DNA of 64,000 nt from positions 62,001-126,000 of the IMG/VR virus record IMGVR_UViG_3300007513_000004; one strand, 5' to 3'. Both the position numbers and the translations under genes were made by a program. A model generated the notes under the pieces. The model was not told the origin of the DNA, made no database searches, and saw only the letters and a list, made by a program, of their open reading frames with translations. Positions 27,590 through 36,056 of this stretch are shown piece by piece. Positions within the stretch are counted from its first letter, which is position 1, and each line of letters starts with the position of its first letter.

Positions 27590-30154
27590 CTATTGATGCA
27601 ACTCATACAGCCCAACGTCAATTATCACCGGCTCTCGCGAACCCGGCCTTTGCATTAAATTATTTGCATGCACATCCGACCAGTTAATTCCATTATCTTT
27701 TAATGTTTGAAGAAGAGCAAATAAACTTTCTGTTTCTGGCATATACTTTTCTGAAAACAAGAATCCTTCAGGAGATTCTGTGTAAATAGTTTGCTCTCTC
27801 TCCTTCTCTAATGCCTCTAATCTTCTGCGATTTCTACCTGCGCTATACCCCTGAGGATTATCTTCTAACATACCCTGTAATGCTCCAATAGATTGGTCTA
27901 CGCCTTCTGTTGAATAATATTTTGGAATAGGTCTTTCCGAAGCTTGGAAATATGAATTTATATTATTTTGAATTTCATCTGCAATTTGAGAAATGAAATC
28001 ATTTTCACCAAGCATAAATAAATTAGAAATATTTAGTAATTTATTATTTACAAAAGCAGATACCCCATCTGTTTGCACATCCCTAACAAGGATTGCCCTC
28101 TCCAGCTCTCTCTTTATACCCTCCTGCTCTGTAACAAAAGATCTATATATATCTTCTTCTTCCTCATTCTTTGATGTATTCCTTAAGGTTTCGGTGGCTG
28201 AATTGAAAGAGCGAGAGATTGCATCATGAATAAACTCTTCATTTTTAAACAAATCTCCTGATTCCCTATTTCTCTTTGTCCGCAAGACAGAATCCATATG
28301 ACCTCCGAAAGGTTCCAGGACTTCCATTATAATTATAGTGTCAAACATATCTTCAACTATTTTATAAATTTTTGGCAAATGCTTTCTTTGTTCTTCCGGA
28401 ACTTCAATTTCTGAAATCTTCTTCCAAATATCCGGCTCCATATTGCTGCTTGTAACCACCTTCGCTATTGCTCTATTGCCGTCATGCAGAACCTCATAGA
28501 TATTACCTTCTGCTGTTCTGGCCCCTTCGCCTCGTCGCTCTGCTTCTGTCCCTGCTATATACTTTATTATTTCCACTCCATTTCTTTTTAACACCTCTTC
28601 GCTTGGAAATCTGCGTCTCTCTACCCTGGTTTGCACCGGGATTGTAGCGTCTGGATCAACGGGGGTGGTTATCCCTGGCCCTATAGACATGGTTGAACCT
28701 GCCTGATCATCCGAATTAGTTGTCGCTAATTTTAAAATCTCTTCTAAAAAAGAAGCTTCTTGTGTAAAACCATTTTTCTTTAAATATTCATTTAAATTAT
28801 AAAATTTATTATCGATACTTGCAAAAGCGCTTGTCTGCTGAGGCATATCCACTCCCGGCGTCTGACCAGCATAAGGTATTCCGTCTTGCAAAAACCTATC
28901 AGCCTCTCTGTTTCTTCTCTTTGTAAGGCCGCGCATTTTTCTTCTTTTACCATCTGATCCGGTTGAAGTTTGAGGGCCATTTCGAATAGCCTTTTCTGCC
29001 CCCATATAATCACCCTCATTAAGGGGTCCTAATATATTATATTTTTTTGGACCACCCCTTCCGGTATTAAATGCAAAAGATGACATTGCATCAAACATAC
29101 TTTGGGTTATCGGAACTTTTATCTGACCTTTCCATGGAGACTCATGTTTTTTTACATCCTCTTTATAAAGACTCCAGGCCTGATCTCTTGTCATCTCCCC
29201 TCGCCCTTTTAGATACTTTGAAAACCTAGGCTTCTCTCTGGTTCTTACCAAATGTCCAATTCCAATTGTTGCTCGACCTTTAGCTTCCCCATATGAAGAA
29301 ATCGGCTCTCCCGTTGCATCATCATAAACATTTCCACGATAACTTTCTTTATCTGCCATCTCTTTCATTAAAGCCTCTGATGTTTCCATGCTACTTGCAG
29401 ACCCTATATTTGTAGCCCTTGATGCCTGAGCGGTGCCCGCCGGGGCAGGCAGAGGAGGCATGGCATCAGAGGGCAGAGGAGGCATGGCATCAGAGGGCAG
29501 AGGAGGCATAGCTCCAGAGCCTTGGCCCGGCGGGGTCGCTGCCCCTTGGCCTGCAGGCACCGCAGCAATGCTTTCCAGCATTATTAAAGTATTTTTATCA
29601 ACTATGCCAGTTGGCTCTATTTGATTGTTTGTCTGAAACTGAATAACAGCATTTTTTGTTTCTTCTCCATAATTTCCATTTACGTATCTTCCTGCTGAAA
29701 TATACCCATGTTTTACCAAAAGACTTTGAATCTTTGAGACAGGAGTGTTTCCAGCAACATCTTTGCTTCCAACCTGAAGTGTGCTAGAACCAGATCTGAT
29801 GGACGCCAGTTGATCCACCGGCGGAGGAAGATCTGGAGAAGAGACAGCTTGCGGTTCTGCCGACAAAGGCTCTGAGCGAGCCACCTCTTCGGCTCTCTGC
29901 AAGGCCTCCGCCTCTCCGCCTGCAGCAGCCGCAGCTTCTTCTGCAGCTTTTTGATCTTGCAAAGTCTTTTTAACCCACTCTAAATCGAACCCAAAAAACT
30001 CTGCATATGCCTCAGGGTCCGTTTCTGGATCAGGAATATCCGTAGATCCGCCACCGGTGCCAGAAATATTCCTAATAGCCCGCATCATCTCAGCTTCTTT
30101 TTCAAAACCCTTTTCTGTAAGAAACTTTTTTAATGTAAAAAGCCGATCATGCAC
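27590..30154 (-). CDS. Tagged multidomain protein: PG-binding domain + GH24 lysozyme + protein-kinase-like domain
   Basis: IQSLLVKHGY...G.YGEETKNAVIQFQ (PG_binding_1); KESYRGNVYDD...TIGIGH...FDAMSSFAFNTG...GLTKRRNREA (GH24); AIAKV...IIMEVL...DVHANNLM...IIDVG (kinase); tag at the N-terminus and between lysozyme and kinase. Confidence 0.85.
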   Translation of the reverse strand: MHDRLFTLKKFLTEKGFEKEAEMMRAIRNISGTGGGSTDIPDPETDPEAYAEFFGFDLEWVKKTLQDQKAAEEAAAAAGGEAEALQRAEEVARSEPLSAEPQAVSSPDLPPPVDQLASIRSGSSTLQVGSKDVAGNTPVSKIQSLLVKHGYISAGRYVNGNYGEETKNAVIQFQTNNQIEPTGIVDKNTLIMLESIAAVPAGQGAATPPGQGSGAMPPLPSDAMPPLPSDAMPPLPAPAGTAQASRATNIGSASSMETSEALMKEMADKESYRGNVYDDATGEPISSYGEAKGRATIGIGHLVRTREKPRFSKYLKGRGEMTRDQAWSLYKEDVKKHESPWKGQIKVPITQSMFDAMSSFAFNTGRGGPKKYNILGPLNEGDYMGAEKAIRNGPQTSTGSDGKRRKMRGLTKRRNREADRFLQDGIPYAGQTPGVDMPQQTSAFASIDNKFYNLNEYLKKNGFTQEASFLEEILKLATTNSDDQAGSTMSIGPGITTPVDPDATIPVQTRVERRRFPSEEVLKRNGVEIIKYIAGTEAERRGEGARTAEGNIYEVLHDGNRAIAKVVTSSNMEPDIWKKISEIEVPEEQRKHLPKIYKIVEDMFDTIIIMEVLEPFGGHMDSVLRTKRNRESGDLFKNEEFIHDAISRSFNSATETLRNTSKNEEEEDIYRSFVTEQEGIKRELERAILVRDVQTDGVSAFVNNKLLNISNLFMLGENDFISQIADEIQNNINSYFQASERPIPKYYSTEGVDQSIGALQGMLEDNPQGYSAGRNRRRLEALEKEREQTIYTESPEGFLFSEKYMPETESLFALLQTLKDNGINWSDVHANNLMQRPGSREPVIIDVGLYELHQ

Positions 30155-30170
30155 CTGTCAGCCCTCGCTA

Positions 30171-32627
30171 TTATTGATTTGAATCTTCTGGGTCGGGGTC
30201 AACGTCTGCATATGCCCCCTCCTCCTTGGATAAGAATTTAGTCATGTTTTGCTTTTCATCATATTCTGATGTCACAACGACCGTAGTAAGAGCAGTATCG
30301 GGCAAGGCAGCATCTGCGTCTTCCGCAGATGCGTAGACTACCAACCTGCAAGCCAAAAGCCTACCTGTCTCATCATATATGGAATCTGTGATTCTATGGT
30401 TATACTGAGCAAGTCCTGCTATAATCCTGTTGAACATACCGAATGTATGCTTGGTTTCGTGATCCGCAACTTCCTCTTCCCAAACTTCATGAGCAATCTC
30501 ATGCATTGTGCTATCAGTCTCTGCCTTGACGATTAAGACATCACTTGCTTCAAGGCCGGGAGAGGGAACAGAGCTCTCATCTTCATTTACTAATTTTATT
30601 TCAAAATATTGAGTGCCAGAGCCTTCTTCTTCGCCAACAGATACAATTCTTCCCAAATAACTCTGTGTATCTTGATCAAAAGACATTGTTCCAAAATCAA
30701 ACCCCTTTATAACAACAATTGACCTATCTACATAAGATATCATCTCAGCCTCTGTCAAAGGATGCGCCAATAGCCGGTTTGAATAAAATTTCTGACCATT
30801 GGGATCTGCATTATTGCATGTATGCACAGGGGTTCCCACCGGAGTCCCGCCTCCTGTCCAATGATTCATGTTTTCACTTAGATACCGAATAATCATGGCT
30901 TCAGCCATTGTGTTGGTATTTGGCGGAGCGGCTGTGCCGGTGTGTGGGTTGTAAATTGTATTAAATATATCGGCATTCCAAACTGCATCACTAATCTCTT
31001 GAGCGGCAGTGGCCGATATTTCTTCATATGTTACAGAATCAACCTGTATTGCATCTTCATCAATTGCATTGTTTGCAATTATCTGCGTTCTAATATTTGG
31101 CCTCCGAACAACAGAGTTACCATCTGGTAGGTAATCTTGGGTCCAAGTTACAAGAATATCATCAGGACTTGTTGGGCTTCCGCCTGTAACGCTGGTGCCC
31201 GCGCCCTCCCAGGTCTTGACCGAAATACGGGGAAATCTATTGGTTGTTCCGACCGAAACAGCTGCATCACTCACTCCCGCCCAGCCCTTGACTGTTATAG
31301 CGGGAAGCAATACGGTATTAACACTGTGGTCATATTCAGAACCGCCGGGAGCAGAAAAGACATATGCATCGGCACTCGTTGGGGTGGTAGCATTATTGGT
31401 TGTATTCCAAGCCTTAACGCTAATCTCAGGAACAGCAGATGTGTTGCCCACTGTGAACGAGGCATCACTATCTCCTCCCCAACCGCCAACACTAATCATA
31501 GGAAGAGAGTCGCCGCTTACTGCGTCCCCTCCAGCGCTGGTCTGAACATATGCATCTGCATGTGAAGCGTTTCCATCGCTGGTATTCCACGCTCTAACGC
31601 TAATTTCTGGAGCTTTGGAGGTATCGCCTATCGAAAATGCCGCATCGCCATCGCCTCCCCAGCCCTCAACCGTTACTGCCGGAAGACCAACACTGAGATT
31701 GGCTCCAGAGGTTCTAACCGTTACTGATCCTGTGTTATCATTCCAAGCTTCAACATTAATACTTGGCAGGCCTGAGCTTGAGCCAAGGGCTGTCTCGGCA
31801 TCAGTTGCTGAACTTCCATCTCTCCAGCCTCCAACACTAATCACGGGAAAGCTTGTGCTTGAACCAACAGAAAGAGATGGATTAAGTCCGCCCCAGTCTA
31901 CGACATTTGCACTAATCGTCCCCCCGCTTGCCGCATCAACATTCGGAAAGTGTGTTGTACTATCTGCCGAAAGTATAACACCAGTTGTATTTCCCGGATC
32001 AGCGTATGGTCCAAGATTATTCCAATCTACTACGTTTGCATCAACAGTTATTGAAGATACAACATCCACATCGGGAATTCCACCTGATCCAGAAACTCCG
32101 GATCCATCCCACTCTACAACATTAACATTTGGAACGCCATTAGTAGTTGTCGCAGTAACGTTATTGCCCTCCCATTGTACAACATTTGCATCTATAGCTC
32201 CAGAGAACGATGTAGATGAGACCATGACATCGCTTACAACAACATGGATGTATTCCAAGAAACCAGAGGTTGACTCTTCCATTCTTATTACATATCCCTC
32301 ATCTGCAGAATCGGGAGATGTGGTTGCAACACTGTTTGACCAAAATATACCCACCCCTGAGACCGAGGCGTTAAAATCATAAACGCCAGGTAACCCATCA
32401 GCCTGAAGCTCTCCCATGTCGCCCTCACAATCAGAGGGGCTAGAGACGTAATCCGCATTCGTAACCCACACATTAGAAGGGGCACCACCAGAGGTGAACT
32501 GCCAATACTCATCATTGTTAATACTATAAATACGAATCTTTGGAGCCAAACCAGACGTTGGAGTTCCACCGATAATCACTTCCATAGTAAAGTGTAGTGA
32601 TTCAGAATCTCTTATTTCATGTCTCAT
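30171..32627 (-). CDS. Putative virion structural/tail protein with P-x-I-x-V-x-x-W repeats
   Basis: About 12 repeats such as PSINVEAW, PAVTVEGW, PEISVRAW; EISDAVW and IAHEVWEE motifs. Confidence 0.6.
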   Translation of the reverse strand: MRHEIRDSESLHFTMEVIIGGTPTSGLAPKIRIYSINNDEYWQFTSGGAPSNVWVTNADYVSSPSDCEGDMGELQADGLPGVYDFNASVSGVGIFWSNSVATTSPDSADEGYVIRMEESTSGFLEYIHVVVSDVMVSSTSFSGAIDANVVQWEGNNVTATTTNGVPNVNVVEWDGSGVSGSGGIPDVDVVSSITVDANVVDWNNLGPYADPGNTTGVILSADSTTHFPNVDAASGGTISANVVDWGGLNPSLSVGSSTSFPVISVGGWRDGSSATDAETALGSSSGLPSINVEAWNDNTGSVTVRTSGANLSVGLPAVTVEGWGGDGDAAFSIGDTSKAPEISVRAWNTSDGNASHADAYVQTSAGGDAVSGDSLPMISVGGWGGDSDASFTVGNTSAVPEISVKAWNTTNNATTPTSADAYVFSAPGGSEYDHSVNTVLLPAITVKGWAGVSDAAVSVGTTNRFPRISVKTWEGAGTSVTGGSPTSPDDILVTWTQDYLPDGNSVVRRPNIRTQIIANNAIDEDAIQVDSVTYEEISATAAQEISDAVWNADIFNTIYNPHTGTAAPPNTNTMAEAMIIRYLSENMNHWTGGGTPVGTPVHTCNNADPNGQKFYSNRLLAHPLTEAEMISYVDRSIVVIKGFDFGTMSFDQDTQSYLGRIVSVGEEEGSGTQYFEIKLVNEDESSVPSPGLEASDVLIVKAETDSTMHEIAHEVWEEEVADHETKHTFGMFNRIIAGLAQYNHRITDSIYDETGRLLACRLVVYASAEDADAALPDTALTTVVVTSEYDEKQNMTKFLSKEEGAYADVDPDPEDSNQ

Positions 32628-32753
32628 ATTTATCTAACCTATTCGTTGTCCAAAACACAGGATACATTTTACTTATATTATTAATAAAAATAGCAAATGT
32701 ATATCATCATACATACTAATATGAATTAGTATGTTGTACTTGGAGGAAGAAAT

Positions 32754-33206
32754 ATGGCATTAGCAATAAACAGAACCCTTAGGGATGACAGCTCCCGAGC
32801 TGTATTCGAAATAGTCAGTGCCGATGGCACGGCTGTTGATGCAACCATCATTACTGCATCGACATTAACCGGTGCAAATGTTAGCGGACAGACGAACCAC
32901 ATGCTAAGGGTGACAAAGGTAATTGCCCTAGTGTGCGATAATTCAGGCGCAGGTGGAAACGTTACCCTGGAATGGGACGATGGAGTAACTGAGACAGCCT
33001 TTTTAACATTGCCTGTTGGGCATACCGTAACAACCCTTTCATGCACCCCTCCGGCTGCCTCGACCACGACGAGCGGATACTATGTTACGTCAACAGATAT
33101 AAACGCAGTAAGTAGCGACACCAATATAAGCTTTACACTTCGGATATATGTTGAAAAAGTTAGAGGCTTTGATAACAGCCTTATAAATATACTACAGGAT
33201 GATTAA
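32754..33206 (+). CDS. Hypothetical beta-rich protein (possibly virion)
   Basis: GGAGG RBS; T/S/V-rich 150 aa. Confidence 0.6.
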   Translation: MALAINRTLRDDSSRAVFEIVSADGTAVDATIITASTLTGANVSGQTNHMLRVTKVIALVCDNSGAGGNVTLEWDDGVTETAFLTLPVGHTVTTLSCTPPAASTTTSGYYVTSTDINAVSSDTNISFTLRIYVEKVRGFDNSLINILQDD

Positions 33207-33555
33207 ACGAATTTTAAATAAAATAGGAATACTATCCGCTTTAAGCATCATGTTAACCGGATGCTCTACGAAGATCCTTCCTAGGCATATAACTTTCGAA
33301 CCAACAAACAGCGCTTGCCTTGATGCTTTGACCGCAAACTTCGCTTATGCTAAGTGCAAAGAAATAGAGGAAGAAGGAAGCTGGGGAGAACAGCTTAGAG
33401 TATACTGCTCCGAACCAAAGAGGCAGACCGAATGGGCCATGAGAGATTATTATATAATCACGACTCTATGGGGAGGATATGCTCCTGTAAACGCGGTACC
33501 ATTGTGTGCAGATGAAGGTTTAATCCTTCTTTATACAGAAGGTGTAACTTACTAA
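33199..33555 (+). CDS. Cys-containing lipoprotein
   Basis: MLTGC lipobox. Confidence 0.6.
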   Translation: MIKRILNKIGILSALSIMLTGCSTKILPRHITFEPTNSACLDALTANFAYAKCKEIEEEGSWGEQLRVYCSEPKRQTEWAMRDYYIITTLWGGYAPVNAVPLCADEGLILLYTEGVTY

Positions 33556-33595
33556 ACTTCAGTTTTAATTCTCTATTAATTATATATATAAAAAT

Positions 33596-33817
33596 ATGAA
33601 TAATGAATTAATTAAACTAGCAAATCATTTAGACAAAAAGGGCTTTCACAAAGAAGCTGATTTCTTAGATTCAATTATAAAAACCGCTTTAAATACCTCG
33701 TATCCAGAAGGCGGAGGAACCCGGTCTAATATACGCAAACTATGGGAACGAGTAAATGCTATCGAAAAACAGCTTGCTCTTTTAGATGAATCAACCCATA
33801 CACATCCGGATCCATAA
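33596..33817 (+). CDS. 73-aa tagged micro-protein
   Basis: MNNELIKLANHLDKKGFHKEADFLDSIIKTA plus ~42-aa cargo; cleanest tag copy. Confidence 0.8.
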   Translation: MNNELIKLANHLDKKGFHKEADFLDSIIKTALNTSYPEGGGTRSNIRKLWERVNAIEKQLALLDESTHTHPDP

Positions 33818-33893
33818 CCAAACAAAAACTTTAAGATAAGGACAAAGCAACTACCAAGTTGCCCCGGTTTTTGTTTTTAAAAATATCAAACCT

Positions 33894-34172
33894 TTATCGC
33901 CAATGCCCAGGAGTCCAAGCTCCATGATGATTATAATGTCCAGGCACCCAAGCGCTATGAGAATGAGGACGCCTTGGGGCCGGACGCACAACCCAATGAC
34001 CCTTTGTCCAATGCCTGTGGGGCCCTCTGTGGACCCAACGACCGCTAACCCAAACCTTTACGGTTATAGGGTGAGAGCGAACAACAGGGGCCGTTTCAAC
34101 ATGCTTTACAGCATGTGCTGAAGCACATCCTGAGAAAAAGAATGATGCTATAATTAATAAAAACTTATTCAT
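33894..34172 (-). CDS. YXWGXW (WxxGxW) repeat lipoprotein
   Basis: FSGC lipobox; WVSGRW, WTKGHW, WVPGHY, WTPGHW. Confidence 0.8.
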   Translation of the reverse strand: MNKFLLIIASFFFSGCASAHAVKHVETAPVVRSHPITVKVWVSGRWVHRGPHRHWTKGHWVVRPAPRRPHSHSAWVPGHYNHHGAWTPGHWR

Positions 34173-34225
34173 GACTAACTCCTTGTGGCGACTAGACGAA
34201 CAAGAAGTGTATAATATTCAAAAGT

Positions 34226-34669
34226 TTATTTTAAAATTCCCGATAAATTCAATGCCAGCAAATAATCATATGCTGTATTGGATTTTGATCCATAATAACT
34301 TGTTTGATCGCCAGAGACTGCATAAACTTTATTCTCAATTTCTAAATAAGCAAACTCTTTACTATTTACGGGAGAGCCGCTTCTCTTCTCTGTGTTTAAT
34401 CTTGGCAAAAGTATAAAATTTACAGCTTCTTCTAAGAATAGATGTATAGCGCTCTTTATTTTTAATCTATTTTCCCCAATATGAAACAAGTCATCCTCAG
34501 AGAGATCTTCAACCTGTATATCTGAAACATCTAGATCAATTAATTCATTAATTAATAAGGCATCTTCGGCAGATATATCTCTTATAGAATTTTTTATACT
34601 TTTTATAGAATCTAAATTTATAACTTTTGGTACTTCAACAACTATAAATTTGAACTCACTTGAAGACAT
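34226..34669 (-). CDS. Hypothetical protein
   Basis: 147-aa ORF tiling downstream of the 34678 ORF. Confidence 0.6.
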   Translation of the reverse strand: MSSSEFKFIVVEVPKVINLDSIKSIKNSIRDISAEDALLINELIDLDVSDIQVEDLSEDDLFHIGENRLKIKSAIHLFLEEAVNFILLPRLNTEKRSGSPVNSKEFAYLEIENKVYAVSGDQTSYYGSKSNTAYDYLLALNLSGILK

Positions 34670-34677
34670 AAATTTTT

Positions 34678-36015
34678 CTAACTAATCTGATACCCAGCAT
34701 TCTTCAGCGCCGAGTTATGGCACATAATTCCAGGCGTTGATCCAGACAGCTCTGTCCAATCCTCTATTTCTCCACTTTCATCTGCTCCAAAAATATATGT
34801 TTCCGGACCAGACATCGGCACCTCATTGGCTGACACTACAACGTGTGTGTGACCATCCAATGGTTCGCTTAACTCATAAAGGGCAGCATCTCCTCTGAAA
34901 TTATCCAAGGTTTTTATACGCTTTGCCGTTTTGCTTTTTGACAATTGCTCTGCATCCAAAAGATTCTGCCCCCGACCATGATAGGGTTTTTCGGTCATAG
35001 TGTTTAAAGAAACACCCCTATCTGCCCAAGGCTTATCCCAAGGCTTATCGTCAGAACTTATTTGGCTTACCATTTGACTTACCATTTCATCCATTCTTCC
35101 CTCTGGATGCGATCCGGGACGAGCTTGAACATCAGACGTTGGGTCAAGATCATCTTTTAGCTGCTGTACTTCATCGCCTATTCTTTCGTCAACCTCTGCA
35201 GCAATCTCCTCAGGATCTTTGGAGCTTCCGGAGTCAGCAGCGCCTTCTCCGAGGCCATACCAATCCCAATTAGCCTCACCCTCTTCGTCGTCATCCCACG
35301 AGGGTGCATCTACTTCTTTTGTTCTTTTCGCAACCAATGTAGCCTCAAGAACTGCCGAGCCTTCCCAGACACAGCCGGAGGCCACATCCCAACCATAATA
35401 CCACATACTACTGTGCCTAAAGCTATACTGATAAGGGCAGATCTCAATGCCAGAATATTTCATAGCAACTTTTGCCCAATCAATAGTCTTCCCCCAAGAA
35501 CTATCTGGAACCGAATACTCTCTCTCAAAGGCGACAAACTCTTGCTCATTCGTTATCATAAGCATTCTGCTTTCATCAACCTTGAAAGAATAAACATAAC
35601 CACCAATCCATTGTGGCATCTCATAAGTCAGCCAGCTAATCCACTCATTTCCGCATGCATACCAAATGCCCGAAGGTTTTGGTCCCTTTTGTTGCGCAGG
35701 AAAGTTTGGAATTCTAGTCAACTCTTCTGCCGCCATAGTTATTCTGTTATTTTGATTATCCCCTATTAACTCTGTAAGCTGTGTATAATTTGCCTCTTTA
35801 TCCTTTTTTTCAGGAATATTTACCTTCAGATCTTGAGTCTCTTCTTTCAGCTTCGCTAGTTCTTCCGGAATCCTTCTTGCCATTCCTAATTTATCAAAGT
35901 GGTATGCCAACTTATCGCAGACATCAGCCTCTCTAATCATTCCTTTTTGATCAAACTTATTAGACAGATCTATCAACTCATTGATATTTAATTTTGAAAT
36001 GGCAGCTTTATCCAT
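34678..36015 (-). CDS. Tagged two-domain protein (KPxGIW...IDW...WDVASG domain plus C-terminal phage domain)
   Basis: Tag NELIDLSNKFDQKGMIREADVCDKLA; acidic linker between two globular domains. Confidence 0.75.
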   Translation of the reverse strand: MDKAAISKLNINELIDLSNKFDQKGMIREADVCDKLAYHFDKLGMARRIPEELAKLKEETQDLKVNIPEKKDKEANYTQLTELIGDNQNNRITMAAEELTRIPNFPAQQKGPKPSGIWYACGNEWISWLTYEMPQWIGGYVYSFKVDESRMLMITNEQEFVAFEREYSVPDSSWGKTIDWAKVAMKYSGIEICPYQYSFRHSSMWYYGWDVASGCVWEGSAVLEATLVAKRTKEVDAPSWDDDEEGEANWDWYGLGEGAADSGSSKDPEEIAAEVDERIGDEVQQLKDDLDPTSDVQARPGSHPEGRMDEMVSQMVSQISSDDKPWDKPWADRGVSLNTMTEKPYHGRGQNLLDAEQLSKSKTAKRIKTLDNFRGDAALYELSEPLDGHTHVVVSANEVPMSGPETYIFGADESGEIEDWTELSGSTPGIMCHNSALKNAGYQIS

Positions 36016-36056
36016 AAGATACTCCTTGGTATAAGTAAATAAATAATTAGTAACTA

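Noticed and set aside
31137-32382. Long plus-strand ORFs (e.g. 255 aa at 31615) and similar ones at 59530 and 60919
   Set aside because: They are antisense to repetitive G/S/T/A-rich structural genes, whose codon bias depletes stops on the opposite strand.
33818-33893. Possible tRNA/ncRNA in intergenic gaps
   Set aside because: No cloverleaf or T-loop/D-loop signatures were found in this or the other short AT-rich gaps. At most there is a weak bidirectional terminator-like hairpin here.
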